A stretch of DNA of 64,000 nt, taken from positions 2,324,170 to 2,388,169 of the forward strand of contig NW_004797283.1 in the NCBI RefSeq assembly GCF_000002075.1, in the 5' to 3' direction. This DNA comes from Aplysia californica. Its lineage: Eukaryota. Of this stretch, positions 26,910-39,339 are shown piece by piece. Under the pieces are notes generated by a model. That model made no database searches and was not told the DNA's origin. It saw only the letters and a program-made list of their open reading frames with translations. The position numbers were made by a program, and so were the translations under genes. The first letter of the stretch is position 1. Every line of letters starts with the position of its first letter.

Positions 26910-28259
26910 GAATTTGTTGATTTCAAGACCAATTATTGAATTAACCAGATTCAGATTCAATTAACAAGTGTGAGTTGGCCCTAGGGCTTAGCTCAAAGAG
27001 ATAATACATTGCCAACATTTGCACTGCATGTCAAAATGAACAACAACAACAAAAAAAAAACCCTCCAAATTACTGGACACCTAAGGTAAAGATTTCATTC
27101 ATTTTCCTAAACTATTAATTTAAACCTCCGCTTTCATAGATCAAACTTTAAAGGAATTCAACCAAGTGTTTAGAAGCAAACTAGCCTTGCTGTTTTCTGT
27201 TCAAATATTGGACCTTAAGTAAAAATATATACCTTTTCTAATCTTTCCTTTTTTTGATAATACATGAGTCACAGATGGTAAATAAAAAGCAGGCTGTCAA
27301 TGTGAAAAATAAAATTATTTGTTTCTTTTTAACTTCTAATATGATGCACAGATGAACAATTCCAAATCTTAACATTAAACATGTTTTAATTTGTTACTAT
27401 ATATATATATATATCACAGAAAAAAATTGGCCTGCAAACAGCAAAGCTTTTCTCTTTCCTCGTGTCTTTTTTAGTTACAGTAGAGTAAAGAAATTTTGAA
27501 TTAAAGTTGACATAATAGTATCAATCATACCATTTGCGCTAATTGGGGCATCAAACAACTACAGGTAAAAAACTTTTTTTTTAACCATCCCATTTGGGCC
27601 ATGAATCATATATATTAAAATTATAAGCAAAAGCAAACTCCTCTATGTTTATTATTATTCTCCTCTTTAATTTGTGAGCTTTGCAACAAATATGGGTCAG
27701 TAGAGAGATCAAGAAAACATTGCAATGTGTACTTTACTCATCAAATACTGTCAGACAGCAGAACTGTACTGTAACTTAGTAAGTGTAGGGCCTACTTTTT
27801 TTTTTACGCTGCCAGTAAAGCAGAAAAAGCTCCTTCTTCCACAGAAGACATGCCCTTAGATATGGTGCACTACTTAAGAAAAAAGTCACCTATAAAGACA
27901 AATGAAAATCATGCTAGTTTCAAGAGTCCAACTCAAACAGAGTCAAAATTTATTCTACAAGAACATTCTTCATTTTTCAAATGGATTTTGACCACCCACA
28001 GTCATTATATTGTACATTCAAACTCTGTCACAGGCTTCTCACTCACTCAAACAAATTCAGCATTGTACAGTTAATGCAGTTAAGTCAGTAGGTCACAGAC
28101 TTAACCTAATAGCTGTAGGGATAAGATTTATGACAAAAATGAACACAATATGGCACAATTTTGCATTCACATACATCCACTTTAAGTTGAACACAGACCT
28201 TACGATGCATATGTTGAAAAGATCACACAAAAGTATTGCTCTCATACTATAGTCAAAGG

Positions 28260-28347
28260 TCATTTGAAGAAAGACAACAAACTTGACTGGCCCTTAGATC
28301 GCTTGACCCCTTTTTTCTGGCTTGGAAGCTGGACATCCTGCTTTTGT
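28260..28347 (-). CDS. POLK: POLK last coding exon with NLS-like basic stretch and C-terminal PIP box
   Basis: ttcgttccag acceptor; phase-compatible translation RQKQDVQLPSQKKGVKRSKGQSSLLSFFK*; QxxLxxFF PCNA-binding motif; summed CDS 2523 nt = 840 aa + stop. Confidence 0.88.
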
Positions 28348-28932
28348 CTGGAACGAAAAAGTAAGAAAGAATAATATATATATATATAAAATGAGTTCAT
28401 ATGTATTATTTCATCTTCTGATTAATGAGCGTATCACGTGACCACTGATACAAAACAGGAAAACATCACCTTTTCCACTGCTCAGTGCAAAATGACATCT
28501 GAGCTACCTGTCTCCCTCTGACACCAGACACAGAGACAAGGCAACAATACAACTACACAAAAGTAGAAGTAGAAGAGAATGTTCTCCTATCACTTCATGG
28601 CATATACTCTGGGAGAGAAAGATCATGCATCTCTTGATCAATTACAAAAACAAACAAAAAAAAGCAGATATCCAAACCAGCAGGAAAGTTTCTAATGTCA
28701 AATGATGAGTGGACTCTGTCACACAAAAATGTCAAACAGTATCAGGTGACAATGGCTGATAGACAGAAGGTCGCTGGGGTATATGCTCTTGAGCAAGTAC
28801 AAGATGCATTAATTAACCCTGCATAAAAACAGTGAGCCACACTGCAGCAGCCAACAATGGTTAGGAATAGTATTTTGCATGTACACCTTTGTATATCCCA
28901 TTGTAATTTTCTATAAGGACATAAAATGGTAT

Positions 28933-29463
28933 AGGGGGCTCTCGTGGCCTAGAGGTTAAGGTGTTGGCCTCTCATTCAAAGGTCCCGGGTTCGAATCCGG
29001 GTAGCGACCGAAAAATTTTTCTTCTCTAAAATTGTCTCCTTTCACCTACTTTCCTGCTCTCAAGCAATATTGTGTCGTCTGCTTTCGTCTCCTCTTTCTG
29101 CCCCCACCCCCTCACCTCCTTTGCCCCCTCCTCTGGGCTCCTGACTCTTTCTGCAGCCTTTCTACTGCTACTCCTTGACTCCTCACAGCTGTCTTTCTGC
29201 CGCACCCCTGATCTTCTGCTAGGAAAGATCTACACCTAGCCTTCTCGGACAAAGGCGAAAAAATCTCGGAGGGCCCGTGTGCAAGTTGCGCACGTTAAAG
29301 ATCCCTTGGTGGTCTAAAATCGATAAGAGTAGGCTTCGGCCGCCACCCGGGAAAAATTCAAAATTTCCTACCAACTAAAAGTATTAGGTGTGTCCCACGC
29401 GCTCATATGACCTTATGCAGTTGCGCGCGCCGTAAAACACTTACCCCAAAAAAAATTTTTTTT
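28933..29463 (+). mobile_element. Same SINE family, full length, in the last POLK intron, TSD aatggtat
   Basis: gcacgttaaagatcccttggtggtc core; aatggtat at 28925-28932 and 29464-29471. Confidence 0.9.
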
Positions 29464-30069
29464 AATGGTATTTCTATTCTTTCTTTCTTTCCTTATAAAG
29501 AAGCCTTTAAACTATGAGGACAAAAATCGACAAGAAAGGTGTGGTCTCAGAAACATGTATTTATCGTATCGGGCATCTGATTCATCAAATTATGATTCAC
29601 ATTGTACAGTCACCTGATCGATAACAACAATGTACAGTCAGGATGATGATTACATAGCTCTGAGGAAGTATATTAGCCTTGGCCTATAAAGTAATTTAGA
29701 CACTTAAAAAATAAAATAATGTAGCAGTTACATAAACATCCCTGTCAAAGTTTAACTTTGCAGCACTTATAGTTTAAGTAAGAGTTTAACATCACTTGCA
29801 ACTTAATTGTATGCACAATGGCCATTTCACAAATCACTGGAATTTTAGAAGAATATTTAATTATCAAGGTAGGCCTATATTCCAATGCTTTTTCAGTTCC
29901 ACAATGAGTACACAAAAGAACACTTGATCCACTTACGATTTACTAACATAAAAAAGAAAAGTATTTATTAACCAAACTTTACTATGATTCCATTAACCCT
30001 ATTACTGTTGGTGGCAAACTTGCACCTGGGAAGGTCTTAGGAACAAAGGTGCATCTTTAATTACTTTAA

Positions 30070-30255
30070 ACGTAAGTTTAGTTTTAGTAAATGTTTTACT
30101 GCACTTGCAACACAATAAGGTCATATAAGTGCCAAAGATTAGAGGTGTTACAAAAGAGTAACAAACACAAAAAAGAAGGAGGGGAGATAAAAAGGATAGA
30201 GGTTTGATAGGAAAGAAGAAGTAAACCACACCAGAACACCCGCCAACCACCCACT
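30070..30255 (-). mobile_element. Copy of the same LINE 3' UTR
   Basis: aaaccacaccagaacacccgccaaccacc and taaggtcatat blocks. Confidence 0.68.
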
Positions 30256-31254
30256 TTTAACGTAAGAAATGAGTACATTGGACAAATACAAAGACAAGAA
30301 AACTATATATATTTGGAAAGCTCTTTAAAAAAGTTATATCACACGCTGACAAAATTTATTATTTTGACATTTCGGCAAGGTCATGTGACCCTTAAAACCC
30401 AAGATGGCCGCCATAGTCAAACAGTAACAGTTACATGACTTGGGATCTCCCAAAATTAATGTTCTTAAGGGAAGGAGCGACCCTTGATTTTGCAGGTTTT
30501 GAGTCAGGCTATGCAAATTTTATGTTGGCAGATTTTTTAAGATCAACCATTTTTTGTCTAAAAATAGCATGGATACAATTGAGGAAGTGTTTATTCTTCT
30601 CGTAAATTGCATTTTAAAACATAAGGATGGATTAATATAGTGAATTTTCACAATAATTGTCGTTTTTCGCAAAATGTTATTTTTTTGCAGTTTTTTTTTC
30701 CCAAGTCCTTCCTTAGTTTTTGTACTTTAGACATGAAACTTTCAGGAAACATGGATGGCAAGGCTGCCATCAATGTAACTAAGAGATATTTGCAAAAGCA
30801 ATAACACTTTTCCATTGGCAAGTGATTACGCAACCTAATTTTAGAAAACGTTTTTTATACTTTGTGAAAATTCTCTTTTTTTTTTCTTTTGCACTTATTG
30901 AAAAAAACTTGCTGTTACTCTGATAGGGTCTGGTTCAGGTATATTCTCACCAAATTTCGTCAGTAAATAAGAAAGCCTTCTGGATTTGAAATTCATTGTT
31001 TATTTTCAAGATGGCGGCCGTTTCCATAGCAACTGCTGTAGCTATGCCAAAATAAAATTGCGTATCAATAGATTTTACTTTGCCTAACTTATATGTGTAC
31101 TCAGATTTGATCTTGGGCAACAAACATAGAAAATGGTCCTCATGGGTAGCTCCTCCTGTTAAGAAAACTGTTGCATACAAATGAAATCTTCACGGTGTTG
31201 GCTTTCCAAAAATATACTTTATATGGGTTCTTCTAAGTAAAAGTGCAAACCTTC

Positions 31255-31660
31255 TGAGCCGAGGACCGGACGAAGCCATTTTCACCGACTTGCAGAGTCG
31301 CACACACCGGGGTTTCGAAGACAAATAACAGACAATCTTTCGAGTTCCCCTGGCTCAAAAAGAGCTCTAATAACTAAAAGGAGTCATTCTTTTTAAAGTT
31401 AGCGCACTTCCCTTCAGCATCGGAGTATCCAGGGTTCACCAAAACCGTTTTCAGAAACTGCTGAGGACCAGACAAAGCCATTTTCACCGACCTGTAGAGT
31501 CACAGACATTGGGGGCTCTAAGACAAATAACGGACAATCTTTTTTATTCCTCTTGCTCAAAAAAAGTTCTGGTAACTACGAGAGGTCCTTCTTTCTAAAA
31601 TTAGAGCACATTCGTTCAGCGTTGGTATTTCCAGGGTTCGTGTGGACCGCTTTCGGAAAC
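31255..31660. repeat. Tandem duplication, ~203-bp unit x2
   Basis: gaggacc(g/a)gac(g/a)aagccattttcaccgac at 31261 and ~31463. Confidence 0.85.
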
Positions 31661-31821
31661 TGCAGTAACAGTTTGGTGGCAAAGAAAATGCCGATCTCAT
31701 AGGCACTTGACAGAAATTGGGCTAAAGGGACTGTGCTGAAAATAAACACCAAAGCATCAGTGCCGATGTCAAAAAGAATTCACTATGTACGCACTTTATT
31801 GTAATCAAAATATATTCTCAC

Positions 31822-32596
31822 CTTTTCCTGTTGGTAGTCATATTCAAGTCAGAGGGGGTTGAGGACGATGTCGAAGCCATCTGAGACTCTTGATCTTGTA
31901 AAATATCCTTGATGGTTTGTTTGTTGAGACACAGGTCCACATGGTCATTGAACAAATCTAGAGGCCAGTTTCTCTTTTGCTGACAACAGATAGGACAACG
32001 CACAAGGTCTGGCTCCTCATTGGTAAACTCTGGAACAGCTTCTGAAGGGACTTTTGCAAAAAGAATATCACCTCTTTCAGGAACAGCTTCCTCATATTCC
32101 CCATCAATCACAACAACTGCCTCCGACTTTGAATTTTCAAATAAACTGCAACTGCTATCTTCACTTTCATCACAAACTTTAGGAGTTTGTTTTTCGTCAG
32201 CTTTGCGGACAAAGTTAAGAATGCTCACAGTTTGTTTACCCTTCCCTTGGCTGCCTTTCTTTGCAGTATGCCTCTTGGCTTCCAATAGACGTTTGACATC
32301 AAACTCACTACATCCATTATCATTTTGGTCCCACTTTTCTACATTTTGCATATCACAATCTGATGAGGTTATTGCGCAGTCATCATCTCCAGTACTCTCT
32401 ATACAGTGAAAATCTCCCTCAACCACGTCAGATGTTCCTGCTAGTCCAGTTAAGTCGAGTCTGTCAGATGGCTTGTCTTCTACATCCACCTTTGCTGGTG
32501 CCGTCCCTGTCACCGAGTTTTTCTCCATCTGCCTTTGGAACATGCTGGTCAAGGTGCAACGACCACTGTCAGAACTTAGTTTGGACATTCTCACTC
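31822..32596 (-). CDS. POLK: POLK coding exon 9 (low-complexity region plus one UBZ4-type zinc finger)
   Basis: Continues G-VRMS from LRLMG; contains CPICCQQKRNWPLDLFNDHVDLCL; donor AG|gtgag at 31821. Confidence 0.9.
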
Positions 32597-33747
32597 CTGG
32601 AACACAAAAATAGAAGAACTTTAGCAACAAGACAAAAGTCAGAATTCTAAAAATGCTTTTGGGTTTCAACCTTTTCTTCTTCTACATCACAAAAAGATGA
32701 CCACATAAAGTCTAGGCATCAATGCTGGCTGCCAAGGACGCACAGTATTTTGTCACTTAAATAACCCTGAATACTTCAACTACGTGCCCACAACAAGACA
32801 AAACAATATAAAGCCACCCCCAAAAAAGTACAGGCTATCAGCAAATCCAATAAAATCAGACAGATTTCTGTCAGAATGGAAACAAAGAACAATCTTTCTA
32901 AAATTTCATCTTTATAAGCATTCACAGGAATGAGTGGATCGTCACCTATTCCACAGTCCAGCACTTAAAACAAGACACTGAAAAAAAAGTAGGGTACTTA
33001 ATTAACAACTACAGAGAACTTGCTATTCACACAAATCAATAGACTGAAGAGCCAAATGCTGTGTACATTGTTGAAATAATGAAAGAACCTGCAACTGTCA
33101 TTACATGGCCTTGGGAGTGAAGGGCAAAAACTCATAAATTGTAAATTTAAAAATCATGTCAAAGTGCTAAAAGGGATTGAAACTTATTTTCTGGTTTTAT
33201 ACAATTTTCACACGAATTGGTAGTAAAATGTATCGATTTCAAAGTTCTTTAAAAAAGTCAGTCACTTTCAATGATCTTGCTACATTATCACTTTGAGCAC
33301 AGCAAAATACACTTGGGAGTGGTCACTAATAAAAGGCATCAAGGCTTAAAGCCGAAGCACCATATACATATACTCGATTTACCAGGAATCAGACACTCAG
33401 CCAGATTTCCAGTTCACCAATAATAGACAAGTGTCTAGACAAAACCTGGTCATACATTAAAAATAGTAAACCCCTCAGCTCTAAACGTCACATTCAGTGC
33501 AAATGGAAGACCCTATAAAATTATAGCCTTCAGGCAGCCACATTCCAATTTCAAAGGTACTCTAAATGTTTTCATACAGACTAGTGTACTTTCAGTTTAG
33601 GTAGGAATTAATTTTGAATTTAGCTCAGGTGGTGGCCAAAGCCTACATTTATCAATTTTAGGACCACCAAGGGATCTTTGATATGCTCAACTTGCACAGG
33701 TTATTTAAGATGGGGAGATTAAGTCTGACAAGGTTAAGATTGAGTAC

Positions 33748-33919
33748 CCATGAGTCTGAGCCTCAGGGGCTGGGGAGCCTCAGCTTTCATTTCTGTCTTC
33801 AGAAGCTGTTTGGCCGCCTGGAATATTTTGTTCTCATCATTTGTGTCATATTGTAAAGTATGGCTACGGGTCTTCACTTCGAACGCCACGGTCTTGATTT
33901 TCAACGTCACTGTTTTCCC
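33748..33919 (-). CDS. POLK: POLK coding exon 8 (PAD/little finger)
   Basis: GKTVTLKIKTVAFEVKTRS...LRLRLMG. Confidence 0.93.
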
Positions 33920-34439
33920 CTGCGAACGCAATAAAAAATTATTTTTAAAAAAATAATAAATAAGTTTTTAAAAAATAAATAATTGCTTTTTAAAAATTCT
34001 TCTAATGACAAATAAGCAAAAGAGGTATGATATCCATAACCTCATATGTAGAATAACTATTCTAAAAATGTTCTTTAGGTGCCAGGTCCACTGACAACAT
34101 AGATGTTATACTCCAGCCGTTTCCGCTTTCTCTGCCAAGATATCTTTAATCACAATTGGTTAAAACTCAAGCATCACTTATTCAACTAATTTATTTTTAA
34201 TATAAAAAACCCCAGCTCTCTTAACATCAAATCAGATCAAATCAGAAAGGACAGAAACCAGGATTTTTTTATGTCTTAGCACCTCTAAAGTAAGACAGTC
34301 AATCAGACAGAGAGACTGATACAGGGATGCTTCTCATGTTGCAACACAACAAATGATATCTAATCCAAAAGGAAGTAATGGCTATCTAAAATAGTTTATG
34401 TCTGTCCTTCCATGAGTGCAGCCATCATACATCCAAGTA

Positions 34440-34606
34440 CAGTCAGAACAGTCTAAGATGGCCGGCCCCTCACTGTCGCAGAGAAAAAAGGCCATCTTAG
34501 AAGAGTGACCATCTCACTGTAAAAAATATGCAAGGGGGTAAATGGGAAGTAGCCATTTACACAAGTAAATTTCTGATACAGGTGGTCATTAGAGCAGGTT
34601 CGACTG
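34440..34606. mobile_element. Small Tc1/pogo-type MITE (TA-CAGTC...GACTG-TA)
   Basis: TA flanks and CAGTC termini; related to a longer element at ~42455-43518 ending gtaggttcgacagta. Confidence 0.6.
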
Positions 34607-34624
34607 TACGACCACGCTACTCAC

Positions 34625-34754
34625 CACCAGGCGGTCCTCCTGCAAGTCTTCTGCCAGAGCACGACTCAGCTCTCTACACTTCTCGTACAGCTCCTCAGGC
34701 TGGTTCAGTTCGTTGAAGGTTCTTTCTGTACTCATGCTCTTTCTCTCGCCGTCC
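34625..34754 (-). CDS. POLK: POLK coding exon 7 (linker/PAD)
   Basis: DGERKSMSTERTFNELNQPEELYEKCRELSRALAEDL; cctcag acceptor, gtgagt donor. Confidence 0.93.
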
Positions 34755-35223
34755 CTGAGGGGTACACAGTAAGACAGTGATCTCAAACGCAAAATTACGT
34801 AGGGGCCAGTGGACATTGGGTCTGGGTTTTTTCCCATAATATATACTTTCAGCTCTGCTGACTGCCATGTTAACCAGGCCACTTGCCTTGCAGTGGCGGT
34901 GGAACAAGACAGCAAGCTAAAGTACCTGTCATTACAATTCTGATTTTTTTCCCTTCTACCATTAAACACTAGCAAACTATTAAGCTCCATAACCAAGTAT
35001 GGTCAGAACACTCTCTTCTACGTTCTATTAAAAAAAACAACAGGTCTTATTCTCATCACAATTTCAACAGTAAAACAAAACCCAAACATCAGTTTTAAGC
35101 TTCATGGTGGTCCCGGAAAATCTTTGCGACCCACAAAGAATCAAGATTTTCAGGACATAATTTTTATTCATGTGATCCCTTTTGATACAGAGGTTAAGTG
35201 AAACCAAGTGAAAGTATTCTCAC

Positions 35224-35390
35224 CTCTCTATCAAGGTGGAGCCAAGGCCTAAGGATATCCTCATGAAGTAACGGAAAGATGTGGGTGAGAACAGGTGATA
35301 GAGCACACCTCTCTGTAGGTGCAGGTCGCTGCAGATGGATACACCAAGAGCTCCCAAGAGCTTTTCTGTCACTTTACCCACACCTGAAAT
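35224..35390 (-). CDS. POLK: POLK coding exon 6 (thumb, HhH); not in the ORF track
   Basis: Manual translation ISGVGKVTEKLLGALGVSICSDLHLQRGVLYHLFSPTSFRYFMRISLGLGSTLIER; donor gtgaga. Confidence 0.92.
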
Positions 35391-35810
35391 CTTTTTTTTT
35401 TAAAAGAAACATTTATTCCTTCTAAAAAATTACACAGAAAAATCACATCATGCTATAAGTCTTTAAATTCCTTAAAATCTCAACTCTGTGAAAAAAAACC
35501 TGTTAAATCAAAGCCATTGCTACTAAAATGTTGAAGTAGATCTAGATCTATGCTTGAATATTTGAGATACTATCTGAGTTCCCTTTTTAAAAAAGGGTGC
35601 AATGTTAACCAGTACTTCTCACTGAATTTACAAATAAGTTTTTACACTTAAAAAATATAATTCAGAAAAAAGTGCATAAAGGAAACATTTTTTTTTTTAA
35701 GAAGCTCTATGTGAGAGGTATCGCAAGCCAAAAGCTTTCTAATTAAATATGAATTGATGAAATAATAAAAAAAGATCTACTTGGGAGCAAAACTTCAACA
35801 AGCCAATCAA

Positions 35811-38096
35811 CCCTTAAAACCCTGACAAAAAGTGGGAGGGAATTTGACACTGGACCCATCAACTGTCCTAACCACGGTAAGGGAAAATTTGAGGAAGAAT
35901 AGGGCGGATAGCGGTTCCCACACTCTAGGTAGATTGAAGGAGAGGGGGATCCAAAGAGGAGAGGGGAAACACAGCCATCTGTGCGGACCAGTCCAACGGA
36001 TCTCCAACCAGATTATGATGGAGACTATAAGCAGACAGACTTTGGGATGGATCCTGAAGAGGGGGGGAAAGCAGAGATGGACATGTTCCGACTGCAGTGA
36101 CCCCAACACAGTGGACATGTAAAACAAGTAAGTAAGACCCTGAATTCTTTTTTTTTCGTACCTCCCTAGAATCCTGAATTAAAATCGAGATACTAGAAAA
36201 AATCAGTTGGCTCATTGTTTTATTTACTGTGTCTTTAATAGTTGTTAGATTTTTTATTGAACTTTGAAAATGTTATGTATGGATGCACAGTCTCGACAAA
36301 ATGGGAAAAGGTTAAAACACTGGTCTTTAGGACCAACTCTATGAGTAAAGTCGTGTGTGTGATCACTGACTCCACTGCAGTCAAAGCATCATTAGATCCA
36401 GTTGTACATTTAGCCTCTGGCAGCTCTAGTGGTGATCCCCTGCCTCTTCCACTATCATCAAAATCATCATCGGTGTCATGCAAAACATTGCAATCGTCTT
36501 CAACAGTCATATTTATCTATAATCTGACTCGGAGATCATCATTAAGGATAAAAAAATGTAAAAAATTTTGCAGCCTGTTGGGCCTGGCAGCGAAAAGTCA
36601 CTTTATCTAATCTTTTTTTTAACTCGCAAAAATTCCAAACTTTTGAAGTAGAACTGCCCTGCCCTTACGACATTATCAAATCAATATTTTCTGCTAGCAA
36701 CAGAGTCATCTGGAGTTACATCCCTGTTTCTAACACTGGGAATTAAACGATAAAGTTGGCTAGCGGTTACCAGCAGCATAGCGGCCAACTTTCCAAGATG
36801 CAAAACTAGAACACCCCAACGCGTGACGCTACTTCATCAAAAACCGCACACTGTTAGGATAAGTGATAGTGCCCCCTCCCTTTTTTTATATATACACTAA
36901 CTACATTGTACTGCTTACCTTTTAGACATAATAAAATTTCACAGCTTATTATTATTAATGATAATGCCACTCAGTCAGTCCAGTGAAGCAGTTTATTGTG
37001 GCTTTACTGCTACTTTTGTAGCAGCAAAAGTAGCAGCTTTAGCCCTCTTGGGGAACACTGGTGAAAACTTTGTCTCAAAACAAGGGGTGGAGTCAGACTT
37101 TAAGATCAGAAGTCCAGCAAGCATGTCTGTGCTATGGGATCCCCTGAAATCAGTTTTGATTTTTCTCACTTGGCTAAATACGCACTCACAATATGAGTGA
37201 GGAATGGTGAGGAGTCCAAGTATGAAATGACCAAGTCTTTCAAATTTTTTTAACTCCTCAGAATATTTTGCCGAAAACATTGTTTGTGATTAGATTTAGC
37301 TTGCTTGAGCTCCATGATTTTGAATCTAATAGTATATTAGACTCATAGATCTAGATCTAGCAAACAGTATGCGACAGTCTAGGCAGTTCAAAATCAGAAT
37401 CAACAGTTCTGTCTATCCGCCATTAGGCTATTCAAACTTGCGATGACCTACGACCCGGAGGGAGAATACAAAAAAACCCCCAAAAAATCTTTATGCCTAG
37501 GCCTAGACCTATCGCTATGCGAGGCATCGGCTGGGATTGTTACAGAATCCATTAACATCCTGTCACTCGAACCAAGTACCATAACAAGATAGTTCACTCC
37601 TCTCTTTGAGGAAATTAAAAAAGAGTGCTCAAAATTCGGTGGCACACTCTTTGAAAAAGTGCGGACTTTGCATTCAGTTACCCTACTTGTGTTAAAAACA
37701 ATAAAAGTAAAACCAATTTATAAACTGTGCTATTTCTAATATAATTCTTCTGAAGAAATAATAGAGAGCTTCAAAACAAAGACTGCCACGCCTTCTGAAC
37801 CAATGTGCAGACTTCCGAGGAAGCTTTTTTGGCTAGTGAACTATCTTGTTATGCACAGTCTTTGCTGGTAATGAGTACATCGATTCTTTCCACCAAGCAA
37901 TTTGTCTATTGTTACGATACACGGTTCAGCGGGGCGGGATTTCGAGGCTTTACAGTGCAGACAATTTTTTTTTCCAGGAGACAATTTTCTTTTTCCCGGG
38001 AGGTGAAATCGTACCAGTTACGAAGTGGTTGGCTGCTATGCAGCAGAAAAGGAACATACAGCGTAAGCGGTTACCAGCGGTATAGGGTTTTAAGGG
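35811..38096. mobile_element. DNA transposon relic with 13-bp TIR CCCTTAAAACCCT at a TTAA-type site
   Basis: TIR 35811-35823 and 38084-38096; flanks tcaa / ttaa; internal transposase-like fragment 36993-37280. Confidence 0.7.
35826..36136 (+). mobile_element. 5'-truncated retroposed fragment (probable LINE 3' end) nested just inside that element's left TIR
   Basis: TSD accctga at 35819-35825 and 36137-36143; (aagt)n tail; open frame ending WTCSDC. Confidence 0.65.
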
Positions 38097-38287
38097 TTAA
38101 ATTATACTTCTATCTAAAATAAGTTGAATGAAGTAACATAGCGTTCAACTTAGTAATGCTCAAACTTCAAAACTAAACTCTCTTTTCCAACTGACAATGA
38201 AAATTTTCACAGCCCAGAGTAAACTTTTAAAACTAGCAGAAAAATTTTTGTCCACTCAAGATTTAATTTGATTGGCATCAAGAGTAC

Positions 38288-38412
38288 CTTCCGTATAGGC
38301 AGACTTTCCACAAAATTTGTGACTTCCTCCCTGCTTGGCTGAATGCGAAACTGTCCATTAGGCTTGTTTCTGTCAGAGCAGACTTTCGCCAACATCGTGT
38401 TAGGAGCAATAC
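38288..38412 (-). CDS. POLK: POLK coding exon 5
   Basis: GIAPNTMLAKVCSDRNKPNGQF...LPIRK. Confidence 0.95.
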
Positions 38413-39339
38413 CTGAGGTAAAAACATATTGGAACAGAATATATACTGTTTGGTTAAGGGTTAAGCATAGACAAAAAGTTACAAACAGAATAGAGTGGAA
38501 AATTCTAATTGCGTGAGTCACATGTCACCCTCTAAAGTAAAGAACACTTAGAGAAATCATGACAGATCATTGTGAACATTTGTCCATTTGAACCTGCTCT
38601 GACTACCACCAGTCCAAGACAATCGTCAATACAAGTAACTGATTTCCACAGCCCCCTTACTTTTTTTTTTTTTCATCATAATGACACGGGTCAATCAAGG
38701 CTCAGAATGTTTGCAATTGGTCTTGATTCATTAAACAGGACAGCAAAAATGAGTTATTCCCCCGAAAAATTCATCCATCCCTATACACAGTTCCCACCCA
38801 CGTTCGTGTAATTCTCTTTCTTCCAGTCCTGTTTACCGGTAGCATGTCACTCCATACGCTAGTCATAACCAGTTTCAGTGATCAAGAGACAGAAATCAGC
38901 AGTCAGGGGTGATAGTTACCATATTCATTCCCTACTCCATTCCAAATATATTTTTTTCATCTAAAGAAGGTTACTTTCCTACTTCACACTTATCTACATG
39001 CTCAGACACTTGTCTCGAAATACATTTTTTTTTTCATTGGCACAGGCACCATCATCATTAAGTTAATGCCTAGAACAGAATCCAATACTTCGAGGGATAA
39101 AGATGCAAAGAAACTGTACGAGAGAAATCACTACACAGTAAACAAACTAAAAGAAGTTGAACAGTTCCAAAGTATATTTATTATAAAATGCCTATCATAG
39201 AAAATGGGTCAATTATGTGACAACATGCCAATTCTAGGGTCAAACAACTTTGTCAAAATTACGATAAAGATCTTAAAAAGTAATGAGATTTAAAAGATCT
39301 ATAAGGAATGGTTCCAGCAAAAGAAAAGATTTCATGTAC

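Noticed and set aside
28696-28765. Box C (atgatga) and box D (ctga) with a short terminal stem, snoRNA-like
   Set aside because: Antisense to the POLK host intron, short, and no recognisable guide sequence
28934-29010. tRNA-like sequence with A/B boxes and a CTC anticodon-like loop (also 4001, 25964, 47349, 48597)
   Set aside because: Poor acceptor and anticodon stem pairing and always attached to the SINE body; SINE head, not a tRNA gene
32020-32650. Plus-strand ORFs overlapping POLK exon 9
   Set aside because: Antisense shadows of a real exon; no independent evidence
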